A stretch of DNA of 64,000 bases, taken from positions 2,784,001 to 2,848,000 of the forward strand of contig CP051526.1 of the NCBI GenBank assembly GCA_050916045.1, written 5' to 3'. The position numbers and the translations under genes are program-made. This document shows positions 46,492 through 56,406 of the stretch, piece after piece. The notes under the pieces are model-generated. The model was not told where the DNA came from. It ran no database searches and saw nothing but the letters and a program-made list of their open reading frames with translations. This stretch comes from Tepidisphaera sp. (GTDB lineage Bacteria; Planctomycetota; Phycisphaerae; Phycisphaerales; UBA1924). How positions within the stretch are numbered: position 1 is the first letter of the stretch; each line of letters begins with the position of its first letter.

Positions 46492-48876
46492 ATGCCCGCA
46501 ACCGCAACCCCCCACACCCTCATGAACCAGATCAGCAAGGGCCGCAAGGCCCAGCCCCGCCGCGTCATGCTCTACGGCACGCACGGCATCGGCAAGAGCA
46601 CGTTTGGTGCGATGGCCGAGAAGCCCATCTTCGTCCCCACCGAGGACGGCCTGGCCGACATCGACTGCGAGTCATTCCCGCTCGCCAAGAGCCTCGGCGA
46701 CGTGATGGCGGCGCTGGAGTCGCTGTACGCCAGCGACCACAAGTACAAGAGCGTCGTCATCGACAGCCTCGACTGGCTCGAGCGCCTGATCTGGGCCGAG
46801 GTGTGCGCCGACGAGAGCGTCGAGAACATCGAGAAGATCGGGTACGCCAAGGGGTACACGTTCGCCGTCGACAAGTGGCGGATGGTGCTCGGGGCGCTCG
46901 ACGCCCTCCGCAGCGATCGCGGCATGACGATCGTGCTGATCGCGCACGCCAAGATCGAGAAGTTCGAGAACCCCGAGACCGTGCCGTACGACCGCTACTC
47001 GCCGCGCCTGCACAAGCTGGCCAGCGCGCTGGTGCAGGAATGGGCCGACGAGGTGCTCTTCGCCACGTACAAGGTCCACACCGTCAAGGTGGCCGAGGGG
47101 TTCAACCAGGCCAAGCACAACGGCGTCGGCACGGGCGAGCGGATCATCCGCACTGTGGAGCGCCCGGCGCACGTCGCCAAGAACCGCCTGGGCATGCCCG
47201 AAGAACTGCCCTTGGACTTCCGCATCTACGGCGCGTTCGCCCGCGGCGAGAACCCCTTCGCGGAGGCAGTTACCGCTGCGCCGGCACCGTCGCTTTGCGG
47301 GAACTCGATGGAAACAGTTCGGCGATATCCTCTTCAACAACGGCGACCGCACCTGACCATCACCCCCGACGCATACCCCAACATGGGGCATAAAGGGCTC
47401 TTCGTCGAGCGCCTCGACATCGGCGTGGTGGTCGAGTCGGGCAACCAGTGGGTGAACGCGCCGCGTCTAATCCCCTTCGCCCACAACATCTACCACAACC
47501 GCAACCGCACCTACAACCCGCAGATCGGCCGATTCATGCAGATGGACCCCAACGCGACGGCGATCACGCTCATCGACGCCGCGGCGTACGCGGGTCGCAC
47601 GCTCCCGGCTTTGGTGGCGGCGTTCGATGTGCAGACCCGCTACGGAGACGGGCTCAACCTTTACGAATACCTCGGGAGCAACCCGTGGAACCGTTCAGAC
47701 CCGCTGGGCTTGTCCTGGGATCCCTTCAGCGGCGTGGATGAATACTTGGCGGAGAGCGCCGGCCAGAAAGCCGCGTTCCTCGAACGCGTGATCGGCGGAG
47801 CCAAGGTCGCGGCCTACGTGGGCGCGGTCTTCCTCAGCACGTTACCGTTCCCGATCTCCGCGATGGCGGCGGACGTGGGAGCCGAACTCCTGGAGGGGAA
47901 CATGCCGCCCGAACTGGTCGCCGCCCGCAAGGTGATCGGCTACGTGAGCATGGCGGCGGCGGGCGTCTTCGTGGCTAAACTGGCGTACTCCGCCGCGAAA
48001 GCCGCGATCCACTACGTCAAGAAGTACGGGATGAAAGCCATCGGATTCATGCTCGAGAACTCTCCCATCGGCCTCGCCAAAAAGGCGTGGGGCTGGGTGA
48101 CCGGCGGGCGGAAGGGGAAGGCTACCGGTGGGGCGTGTTCGCTCTGCTTCACGGCGGCCACCGTGGTGTGGACGGCGTCCGGGCAGGTGCCGATCGTGGA
48201 TCTTGAGGTCGGAGTAGAGGTCCTCACGCTCGACGAGGCGACCGGGGGACTTTCGTTCCAGCCGGTCACTGCGAAGGTCGAGATCCCCGGCTCGGCGATT
48301 ACCGAACTGACGGTGCGGTACGGCGACCGTACCGAGGTGATCGAGACGACCGACGAGCACCCTTTCTGGACCGAACAGCACGGCTGGCGTCGCGTGGACG
48401 CATTGACGGCGGGTGACACGCTGCACACCCTGACCGGCCCGGCGGTCGTGGAACGCACCGCGTACACATCCCGTCAGACCACCGTCTACAACTTCTCCGT
48501 CGCGGGTAACCCCAACTACTTCGTGTCGGCGGACGGGGTTTGGGTGCATAATTGCTGGGCAGGAGATCATCACCTGCTCGCGCAGTACATGCGAGGAGCC
48601 AAGCTTCCAAAGACATCGACGGGCACTGTGAATCTCTCGCATCGCGAGCATGTGCTCATGCATCAATGGATTGGAGAAGCGCTTTCTGCTCGCGGCGGCC
48701 CCAGCGCGCGGAACGCGAACAGGTTCGCTGCTTGGTTAAGTCAACATCCCGATAACCCTCAGCTGGCTACAGAAGCTCTCATTGAAGCATACACACGATT
48801 TGATGTCATGAGAGGGAATGGTTCCAATCTTTCCGCGTCGTTCCTTAACGAGTTTATGGCGCAAGCACCATGGTAA
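46492..48876 (+). CDS. In-frame chimera: phage AAA_24 (Sak4-like) ATPase + Rhs core tip + Hint + His-rich toxin domain (alternative start 46369)
   Basis: YGTHGIGKST, VIDSLDWLE, AKNR; then RNRTYNPQIGRFMQMDP...NPWNRSDPLGL; Hint CFTAAT...TDEH...WVHN-C (48145-48552); toxin HHLLAQY...HREHVLMH. Confidence 0.8.
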   Translation: MPATATPHTLMNQISKGRKAQPRRVMLYGTHGIGKSTFGAMAEKPIFVPTEDGLADIDCESFPLAKSLGDVMAALESLYASDHKYKSVVIDSLDWLERLIWAEVCADESVENIEKIGYAKGYTFAVDKWRMVLGALDALRSDRGMTIVLIAHAKIEKFENPETVPYDRYSPRLHKLASALVQEWADEVLFATYKVHTVKVAEGFNQAKHNGVGTGERIIRTVERPAHVAKNRLGMPEELPLDFRIYGAFARGENPFAEAVTAAPAPSLCGNSMETVRRYPLQQRRPHLTITPDAYPNMGHKGLFVERLDIGVVVESGNQWVNAPRLIPFAHNIYHNRNRTYNPQIGRFMQMDPNATAITLIDAAAYAGRTLPALVAAFDVQTRYGDGLNLYEYLGSNPWNRSDPLGLSWDPFSGVDEYLAESAGQKAAFLERVIGGAKVAAYVGAVFLSTLPFPISAMAADVGAELLEGNMPPELVAARKVIGYVSMAAAGVFVAKLAYSAAKAAIHYVKKYGMKAIGFMLENSPIGLAKKAWGWVTGGRKGKATGGACSLCFTAATVVWTASGQVPIVDLEVGVEVLTLDEATGGLSFQPVTAKVEIPGSAITELTVRYGDRTEVIETTDEHPFWTEQHGWRRVDALTAGDTLHTLTGPAVVERTAYTSRQTTVYNFSVAGNPNYFVSADGVWVHNCWAGDHHLLAQYMRGAKLPKTSTGTVNLSHREHVLMHQWIGEALSARGGPSARNANRFAAWLSQHPDNPQLATEALIEAYTRFDVMRGNGSNLSASFLNEFMAQAPW

Positions 48877-49448
48877 ATAACAATGTTTACATGCTGGGAT
48901 CCGTCGACAATCGCGTGATGCGAGCCGAGGACGATTGGCTCAAGGCTGTAGTCGGTCCGGTCTTCTGCTCGACGTGTCGGAGGATCCGGCCCGATACATT
49001 CCCTATGCCCGTCAATGTTCAACTCGATACCGTTCAGGCGGATGTTCCTCAAGGTCCGATTTATCTCGTCGGCTTGAAGTCGTCAATCACCATCATCCGT
49101 ATCGACCTGCTAAGCAGATTGATCAAGTTTGGACCGCCCCTGTCCGTGGGTGACGTGAAGCTCAATGATGTCGTATCATCTCAGTATCGTTCGATTTACT
49201 CAGGGCAAGCGCACTGGCTTGATTCCTTAGCGGATTCGACGGAGCTTCCCGCACCATGCAGAAATTGCGGACTGCCATACCCGAGCGGCAGGAGGTGGCC
49301 GCCGACTTTCTCTCGAGAAGCAGTGCACGATGCGAGTTGGTTTTTTCCACGTACCGGATTCGGCATCTATGTGACCGAGCGTTTTGCCATCGAAGTCGGG
49401 CTCAGTGATGTACAAGGAATTCAATTAGATCCCTGTAGGGTAAAGTAG
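48870..49448 (+). CDS. Probable immunity protein with two CxxC motifs
   Basis: Overlaps the toxin stop; lower GC like the toxin tip; CSTC and CRNCG motifs (double-CXXCG-like). Confidence 0.65.
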   Translation: MVNNNVYMLGSVDNRVMRAEDDWLKAVVGPVFCSTCRRIRPDTFPMPVNVQLDTVQADVPQGPIYLVGLKSSITIIRIDLLSRLIKFGPPLSVGDVKLNDVVSSQYRSIYSGQAHWLDSLADSTELPAPCRNCGLPYPSGRRWPPTFSREAVHDASWFFPRTGFGIYVTERFAIEVGLSDVQGIQLDPCRVK

Positions 49449-49595
49449 TTGTTGGCCTCGTCCTGTCCACGTATTCTGACCGCACGTGAGTGGATGTGCT
49501 TTCGGCCGATTTGTGACGTAGCGATCTTGGTCTTGGTCCATCTTCCACCGTCCTTGGCCATCTGCGCTGCCGCCAGCCGATCTCGGCGCAGCGTG

Positions 49596-50417
49596 TCACA
49601 CGCCCGAAATGCGCTTGGTATACTCCGTGGATCTTGTTCCGCTCAGGCTACCGCTCTGAAGTAGTGCCGCCCCCGCTCTCACGAGCTCCGGGAACTTCTC
49701 GTCCTCCGCCGCCGTCCATTCCTCCGTGGGCTTGGTCGTGCTCGCGGTCGCGTACGCCCGGCGCGTCACGATGTTGATGAAGACCAGCACGAACGCCTCG
49801 ACCACGCCGCGGGAGGTGATTACCGGCTGCCGGAGAAAGTCGCAAGCCCACAGCGTCTCCGCGTGCGCCCGCGCGAACTCATCCCATGTCGTGTCCCGGC
49901 GCTTGGGCGAGGTGGGCACGCCGGCTTCCTTGAGGATGTTCACCACGGTGCCCCGACCGACATTGATCCGGAGCTTCTTGAGCTCGCCCAGGATGCGCGT
50001 GTAGCCCCAGGCGTTCTCCCGCGCCATCCGGACGACCAGCTTCCGCACATCCTCCGGCGTCCGGGGTCGGCCGGGCTTCCTCGGCGACCGCCGCTTCTTC
50101 TTCGGCCGAGACCCGTTCACCCACCGGAGAAGAGTGTCGGGCTTCACGATCGACACCAGCTCGCCGACCGCCCGGCCGACCGGCTTGGCCAACTTGACGA
50201 GCCGCGACCGCTCGACTGGGGTCACCCGGACGGGTCCCTTGATCCTCGACCGGAGCACCTCGTTCTCCGCCTTCAGGTACCGCACCTGCCGCCGGAGCTC
50301 CGTTGCCGTGGAGCCCATGAGCAGGCCCAGCACGCCCAGCCGCCGACCGCGCTTGGCACCGCCGAACCGGCCAACGCCCCTGACCCCGTTCACCAGCCGG
50401 TTGAGAAGCGTGCTCAT
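49596..50417 (-). pseudogene. Truncated IS transposase (HTH plus start of rve integrase core)
   Basis: VKPDTLLRW...GRPRT...MARENAWGYTRILGEL...LWACDF; family-like sequence ends near 49690, before the remaining DDE residues. Confidence 0.75.
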
Positions 50418-50654
50418 CCCCGGTATCTTGCGGGCTGCGGCCCCTGGCCCCAAGGACGATTTAACCCCTCAACCCCACACCCCCACAGACGGACGGAGTA
50501 TTTGGACACCGCTGGCGGCACACCCCCATGCCCGATTTCCAGCCTCGGACGAGGGTTCCGGTGGGTTTCGCGCGCTCAAAGTCATGTTAACCGGTTATTT
50601 CCGGGCATCGACGCTCGGAAAGGCGCGCGAGCGCGTTCGAAACGGGTGTGGATA

Positions 50655-50909
50655 GGGAGCTTCCTTCCGACCCCGCCTCACGGCGGGGTCGTTTGGTTTA
50701 CAGGCGCGGCCCATTTCGCCCTTCGCGGCGAGTTGGCCAGAAAGCCCGCAGAATCCGAGCGGTTTGGCGATTCGGGAACCTTCGCCGCTGCGCTCACGTT
50801 TCGAGAGCATTTCAGAGCCAATCGGTCAGGACACCGGGTGTCTCGACATGGGTGCGTCGAAATCCTCTCGAACTCTCGGAGTCTCGGGTTGACGGGCGGA
50901 GGGGTTAAC
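50655..50909 (+). repeat. Diverged ~255-bp non-coding repeat, copy 2, with hairpin at 50668-50691
   Basis: Direct repeat of 26974-27227 with the same 10-bp stem-loop. Confidence 0.85.
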
Positions 50910-51075
50910 ACAGGGCGTTCCAAGCGGCAGCCGGATGCGAACGCAGATTCGATCGGTTGCTCGCGTTTGACCGGTAACAAGACCCACCGAGGGCACTGAC
51001 AAACGACCACGGCCCGAGCGTGTGCCCGGGCCGTGGAGGGGTGAGCTCAGGTTGTGCGGTCAGGGCTGAGCGAAC

Positions 51076-51726
51076 TCAGCGGCGACGACGCGCGGCGAGC
51101 AGGCCGCCGAGGCCGAGCAGTGCGGCCGCGCCGGGGGTGGGGACGGCGGTGAAACTCACCACTTCCAAAAGGAAGCCGTCGGTCTGGCCGTTGCCCTGCA
51201 CGTAGAAGTCGATGGTGTTCAGGCCGGGCACGAAGCCGCTGGTGATGCTCTGGGGGGCGCTGAGGGAGTAGGTCAAAATGCGGTTTTCGGGGGTGGAGCC
51301 GATGTAGTTGACAAACGAGCCGCCGTTGACGCGGAAGGCGGGGATCCAGGAGCCTCGCAAAGCGAAGATCTCGCCAGAGTCATCGGCCGCCCAGCGAATG
51401 GTGAGGTTGGCGGTGCTGGGGTCATAGCCGGTCAGGTCGAAGGTCTGGCGGAAGACGAAGTAGGTCCAGTTGCCGATGCCTCCGTGACTGCCGCTGGGAA
51501 CATCAGCGATCCAGTCGGGGCGGCCCGGCGTGGTGAGGTTGACGGCCTGGGTGAACGGGTTGACGCCGAAGTTCGAGGCCAAGCCCTCAATCGGGCTGAC
51601 CATGGTCGACACAGTCCACGCAGATGTGGTGCCGACATTCGCCGTCCCGTAGAACACCGGCCCTGCGTGCGACTGACCTGCGCAGGCCGCGAGGGCCAAC
51701 GCACCGATAGCGATCGAAGTCTTCAT
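51076..51726 (-). CDS. Secreted protein with PEP-CTERM-like (VPTPG) sorting signal
   Basis: Signal peptide MKTSIAIGALALAACAGQSHA; C-terminus VPTPGAAALLGLGGLLAARRRR. Confidence 0.85.
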   Translation of the reverse strand: MKTSIAIGALALAACAGQSHAGPVFYGTANVGTTSAWTVSTMVSPIEGLASNFGVNPFTQAVNLTTPGRPDWIADVPSGSHGGIGNWTYFVFRQTFDLTGYDPSTANLTIRWAADDSGEIFALRGSWIPAFRVNGGSFVNYIGSTPENRILTYSLSAPQSITSGFVPGLNTIDFYVQGNGQTDGFLLEVVSFTAVPTPGAAALLGLGGLLAARRRR

Positions 51727-52150
51727 GCTCTCTCTCCTCAGCCGCCGTTGGGCGGCGATTGTTGACCGCGGCACGCGCACGGCACCAGCCGGGCACGGGG
51801 AAACGCCACTGGAGAAGTATACACCGAATGCCCCTTTGCGAACCAATTTCTGGGCAATCCGCGTGAAAATTGCGCCGTGTGAAGATGGGTAGGATTCGCG
51901 GCTCTGGAAATGGCTCATGCTGCGCCTCCATTCCGTGACCCTCGGATCCCCCACGGGCTCCGATCAACGAAGATCAAGCATCCGATCCGCAGGGGCAGCG
52001 GGCCAGCGACGCGGTGGTTTGGGCGTGCGGATGGGTGCAGGCGCTGCCGCATAGGCCGCACGACCCGCGCAGAGCGCAGGGGCTCATGGGTTATCGGATG
52101 GCACGGGGGCGGTCGCGGTCGTACTCGACTTGGGTGTTCGAGCACAGCGG

Positions 52151-52666
52151 TCAACCGCTCTGCTGCTGGACAAGTTCGCAAGCGGTTGCCATCGGCAGGT
52201 ACATGTGGAGGCGGTCGTCGGTCAGGCTCTGGAACCCGTACTTCGCGTAGAACGCGCGTGATTGCTCGTCCTTCGCATCGACCTCGATCGCGGCTGACGC
52301 GATCGTCTCAGCGACCTTGACCGCGACCCTGAGCGCTTCGACCAGCAGCACGCCCCCGAGTCCCTGGCCACGGAACTTCAGGTCCACCGCGAGCCGACCA
52401 ATGAGCGTGGTCGGAAGCGGCATCTTGGCAGGGAACCCATGACCATCGGGGATCACGCTCACCGTGATGCGACTCGCGGCGAGCGTGAAGTACCCGGCGA
52501 TCTTCCCATCGTGCGAGGCGAGCACGTAGCCGCGCGTGAGGCTCTTCTTGCTGTGCTGCCCCAGCTTGGTCTTGAGGTAGTCGTTGAGCGCGGGGACGCC
52601 GCAGTCGAAGCTGTCTCGATCGTGTCTGGCCTTGTCGAACGGTTCGAACCGGAGCGCGTCAGCCAC
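52151..52666 (-). CDS. GNAT acetyltransferase toxin (TacT/AtaT-like)
   Basis: FDCGVPALNDYL, IGRLAVDLKFRGQGLG, VDAKDE..RAFYAKYGF. Confidence 0.88.
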   Translation of the reverse strand: MADALRFEPFDKARHDRDSFDCGVPALNDYLKTKLGQHSKKSLTRGYVLASHDGKIAGYFTLAASRITVSVIPDGHGFPAKMPLPTTLIGRLAVDLKFRGQGLGGVLLVEALRVAVKVAETIASAAIEVDAKDEQSRAFYAKYGFQSLTDDRLHMYLPMATACELVQQQSG

Positions 52667-52934
52667 CGGTGATCTCCCGGTGCCGCTTGGCCGCTCGACG
52701 GAGCGCCGCGTTCGGGCGAGCCGGCTTGCTGAGCATCGCGAGCAATGCGGTGCTATCGCGCTCCGAAAGCTCACGGGCCTGGATGCGGCTCAGCGTCTTG
52801 TCGGCGGCCAACTCGAGAATCCCGTTGATGAAGCTCGTCACCGTCATGCCGCGGAGCGCGGCGGCTTTCTCCACCTTGGACTTAAGGGGTTCGGGCTGAC
52901 GGATGGTGATCTTGCTGTACCGGATGGTGCTCAT
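52659..52934 (-). CDS. DUF1778 RHH antitoxin (TacA/AtaR-like)
   Basis: KAAALRGMTVTSFI...LSERD...PARPNAALRRA; overlaps the toxin start. Confidence 0.85.
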   Translation of the reverse strand: MSTIRYSKITIRQPEPLKSKVEKAAALRGMTVTSFINGILELAADKTLSRIQARELSERDSTALLAMLSKPARPNAALRRAAKRHREITGG

Positions 52935-52950
52935 GGCGTACCTCTTCCAG

Positions 52951-52972
52951 AGTATACGGCACAATGCCGTAT
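52951..52972 (-). promoter_or_regulatory. TA operator palindrome overlapping a -10 box
   Basis: atacggca-caa-tgccgtat inverted repeat; TATACT on the minus strand at 52956-52951. Confidence 0.65.
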
Positions 52973-53107
52973 CGGGTTCAGGATTCGCAACGGATTTCGC
53001 TCAGAGGACGGTTCTCGGCCCAGACCCAAGCCAAACCGAGGCGTCGTCCCATGATCCGGGCACCGGGAACCGGCCCCGGGAGATGAGGAGTCCGATGATT
53101 CGCCGTC

Positions 53108-54430
53108 GTGCCCCCAGCCGCACCGCTATCGCGATTCGCCATCTGCACCCGCCAGTCGGTGGACACGGCGAAGGACTTCTCGTCCTGCGATGCCCAGTTC
53201 CAGACGTGCCTCGACTGCGCCCGCGCCTTCGGCGATCGCGACGTCGATTGGATCGGCGAGCGGTTCGATGATCAGGGCTGGTCGGGCAGCAGCGTCGATC
53301 GGCCGGCGCTCAAGCGGCTGCGTCAGGCTGTCCGCGAGGGGCGCGTACGCCATGTGTACGCGGTGGCGCTGGACCGTCTGTCGCGAACGATGCGGGATGC
53401 CGTCGTCATCCTCGACGAGTTGGAAGCTGCGGGCGTCGAGTTGCGTCTGGTCCATCAGCCCGGGATCGGCACCTCCGCCGAGGGGCGATTCCTCCGGCAC
53501 ATCATCGCGTCGTTCGCCGAGTTCGAGCGAGAGCTGATCGCCGCTCGCTTGTCCGATACGAGAATGTCTCTCAAGGCGCACGGCCGGAGGCTGGCGGGGC
53601 CGCCGCCGTACGGGTATGACGCCGACCCGAAGTCCAAACAACTCGTGCCCAACGCCCGCGAAGCCAGGCGGCTGCGAGCCATCTTCGAGATGGCCGCCTC
53701 CGGCGTACGGCCGAGCGAGATCGCTCGCCGGGTCAACAAGAAGCGTTGGACAACCAAGAAGCGTCTCTCCATACGGTCCGGCCGCCTGATCGGCGGCGGA
53801 GCGTGGACGGCGCGACAGATTGTCGATGTCCTCAGGAACCCCGTGTGCCTGGGGGTCTTCGCCGACAAGGGCAAGCTCCGCAGCGGCGTGCACGCTCCGA
53901 TCATCGGGCTGGACATGTTCGTCCGCGCCTAGTCCCACCTCGACGCGAGGAGGCGAACGCCGCCGGGGAAGCGAAGCTAGAACCGTTTCCCCCTTCGGGG
54001 CAAGGTCATCTGCCCGGGCTGCGGCCGCCCGATGAGCAGCTACATGGTGACCCGCAAACTGGGTCCCCGGAGCGGGCGCGTCTACAGCTACTACCGGTGC
54101 CGGGCGACATCCGGGGGTCGGCCTCCCTGTCGCGGCCGTCATGTGCAGGCGTTCCGAGTCGAACTGGCCGTGTCGTCGGCACTGGAGCACGCGGAACCGT
54201 GGCGGAGGGCTTTGAGGCTGGAACCGACGCCGGTCCCGGGGTGCGCCGCCGAGGACCTCGTTCGTGGCTGGACCTCCCTGGATCACGCGGCCCGAGCCCG
54301 ATTGATGCCCCGACTGATCGAACGGCTGGAGTTCGATGAGGCCCGCGAGGAGCTGATCATCGTCCTGTCGCCGGACGCTGCAGGAGTCGCAAGTGCCTGC
54401 TTTGCAGGCACTTCCGAAGGCGACTGTTAA
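53108..54430 (+). pseudogene. Large serine recombinase with two in-frame TAG stops
   Basis: AICTRQS, LDRLSR, FAEFERE; TAG at 53930 and 53978; the same frame continues into the Zn ribbon CPGC...YYRC. Confidence 0.8.
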
Positions 54431-54466
54431 CCGGCAGGTATGTCGTGAGTCAGGGCGATTTAGAGG

Positions 54467-54703
54467 CACACGACGCAGAAACCGGTCGAGATCTTCGCGC
54501 GGCCCATGCGGAAGCACACGCGGCCCGGTGCGGTCTGTTACGAGCCCTTTAGCGGCAGCGGGAGCCAGCTCATCGCGGCGGAGCAACTGGGTCGCCGGTG
54601 CCACGCGATGGAACTCGAGCCGATCTTCGTCGAGGTCGCGGTGCGCCGATGGGAAGCGTTCACGGGGAAGAAGGCGGAGCAGGTAGCGGCGGCGAATCGC
54701 TGA
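54467..54703 (+). pseudogene. C-terminal fragment of a phage N6/N4 DNA methyltransferase
   Basis: HTTQKPVEIF...YEPFSGSGSQLIAAEQLGRRCHAMELEP; no DPPY-containing N-terminal part. Confidence 0.8.
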
Positions 54704-55861
54704 CTACGCGTTGTCGCCCGTGAGGATCTGGAGGTACTTGTGATAAGCGAACACTCGATCACGTTGCTTGCCGCTCGTCTCGCGGAGGATCCCTACGTCC
54801 GTCGCCACATCGACGGCCTTGCGGGCTGTGGGCGCGGTGACTTTGAGCAATTTGATGACCATCGGGATGGTGACCACGGGATGCTCGGGGAGCAGATCCA
54901 GCAATTGGATGGCCGCAACAGTCGCCCGCTTGTCGGCGGCGAGTTTCTTGCGATCACGCCCGATCAGCGTAAGCAACTGCTCGGCGACCTTGACCCCGTC
55001 GTTGGCGGACTCGATGACGCAGTCGAGGTAGAACTTCGTCCACCCCTCCCAGTCCCCCTTCGTGCGAACGGCCGAGAGATGCTCGTAGTACTCGGCCTGG
55101 TTCCGCTTGAGAGCCAGACTGAGGTACAGCAGCGGGGTTGGGACCAGTTGCCAGTGTTCGAGCAGCAGGGCAATCAGCAGGCGTCCGATACGCCCGTTGC
55201 CGTCGAGGAACGGGTGGATCGTTTCAAACTGCACGTGGGCAAGCCCGGCTTTGATCAGGGGCGGCAGCGGATCTTCGCTGTGTATCCAGCGTTCGAGATC
55301 CGTCATCGCGTCGGCCACGTCTTCGGGCGGGGGCGGAACAAAGCGTGCGTTGCCGGGGCGGGTGCCACCGATCCAGTTCTGGGTTTTGCGGATCTCGCCA
55401 GGTGCTTTGCCCGCACCCCGAACGCCCCGCATGAGCCGTTTGTGCGCTTCGCAGAGCAGCCGAACACTGACGGGGAGCCCGTCGGGCCGCGCGATCTCTC
55501 GGCGGGCATATTCAAGGGCGGCCACGTAGTTGCAGACTTCTTCGACGTCGTCGGGGCGTGCGGCCTCTTGCGTGGCTTCGAACGTCGCCAACTCGCGGAT
55601 CGTGGCCTGCGTTCCTTCGATCTGGGACGAGATGACGGCCTCCTTGCGGACAAAGCCGTACAGGAAGTGGCCGGTGCTGGGAACCATGCGCCCCGCCACT
55701 TCGAGCCTGGCCAGGTGCTTGACCGCAAGGGCGTGGAGCTGCTCAATCTCGCCGGACATGGCCAGCGGGGGTTCGGCGGGCGGGAGCGGGTGCGGCAGGA
55801 ACGCTTGAACAGCCTCGCCCGCGGTGGTGGACGTTCTGTAGTGCCCGGTCGTTCTCGGCAT
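54704..55861 (-). CDS. Fic family protein with C-terminal HTH
   Basis: Canonical HPFLDGNGRIGR; SSQIEGT motif. Confidence 0.92.
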   Translation of the reverse strand: MPRTTGHYRTSTTAGEAVQAFLPHPLPPAEPPLAMSGEIEQLHALAVKHLARLEVAGRMVPSTGHFLYGFVRKEAVISSQIEGTQATIRELATFEATQEAARPDDVEEVCNYVAALEYARREIARPDGLPVSVRLLCEAHKRLMRGVRGAGKAPGEIRKTQNWIGGTRPGNARFVPPPPEDVADAMTDLERWIHSEDPLPPLIKAGLAHVQFETIHPFLDGNGRIGRLLIALLLEHWQLVPTPLLYLSLALKRNQAEYYEHLSAVRTKGDWEGWTKFYLDCVIESANDGVKVAEQLLTLIGRDRKKLAADKRATVAAIQLLDLLPEHPVVTIPMVIKLLKVTAPTARKAVDVATDVGILRETSGKQRDRVFAYHKYLQILTGDNA

Positions 55862-55867
55862 GGCTGT

Positions 55868-55943
55868 GAAACGCTCCTTTCTTTGCGCGGGACTCTAGGA
55901 AGCGATCGTTTCTTTGTCGAGCTGGCTAAGAAACGATCGTTTC
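55868..55943. promoter_or_regulatory. Three 14-bp palindromic boxes at 31-bp period upstream of fic
   Basis: gaaacgctcctttc (55868), gaagcgatcgtttc (55899), perfect gaaacgatcgtttc (55930). Confidence 0.7.
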
Positions 55944-56035
55944 CCAGCGGGGGACGTGCCGGGCTGAGCGTGTTGTCCAAGTGAAAGACCCCGCATCAGC
56001 CGGGGTATTGGGAAAGGTGGTGTGCGATGGGTGAT

Positions 56036-56406
56036 TTAGGTGTTGGGAGCGTTCGCGGTGAACAGCCCTCGGTCGGCCTTGCGGAAGCGGGCGTCCTTGC
56101 CCTTGGTCGTGATCTCGCGCACGATGGCGGCGTAGAGCGTGGCGGCGGGCGTCTTCCCGCCGGGGCTGGTCCAGAGGCCCTTGGCGGCCATCATCTCGAT
56201 GAGGGCCTGGGTACCGAGGGGCTCCTTGGAGTCCGCGAGCGGCCGGGCCGCGATGGTGAGGCACCCGTCGGCGCGGGCTTGGCTTCTTTGGCCGCCTTCG
56301 GTGCGCGCTTGCTCTCCTTGTGCTGCTTCCGCTGCTTGCTTGGTGGCCGCTTGCCGCTGGCGTGCTCGCGCACCACTTCCTCTCCGGCGGGCGCCCTATT
56401 GCCCAC
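56036..56406 (-). pseudogene. HARE-type winged-HTH protein, frameshifted near 56265
   Basis: Minus strand reads ...EPLGTQALIEMMAAKGLWTSPGGKTPAATLYAAIVREITTKGKDARFRKADRGLF*; the Lys/Ala-rich N-terminal part is in another frame. Confidence 0.65.

Larger units (their letters stand above)
39153..47290 (+). mobile_element. Integration/early arm of a second prophage-like element, truncated
   Basis: DUF2924, large serine recombinase, partner gene, TA pair, sigma-like factor and AAA_24 ATPase; no later phage genes follow. Confidence 0.7.

Noticed and set aside
50630..50700. Intact tRNA or SRP RNA (minus strand ggtcggaaggaagc resembles the SRP loop)
   Set aside because: No cloverleaf can be built and the SRP helix pairing is absent; kept only as an att-like remnant.
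55868..55960. Possible mini-CRISPR array
   Set aside because: Repeats of 14 bp with 17-bp spacers are too short and there are no cas genes; an operator array fits better.
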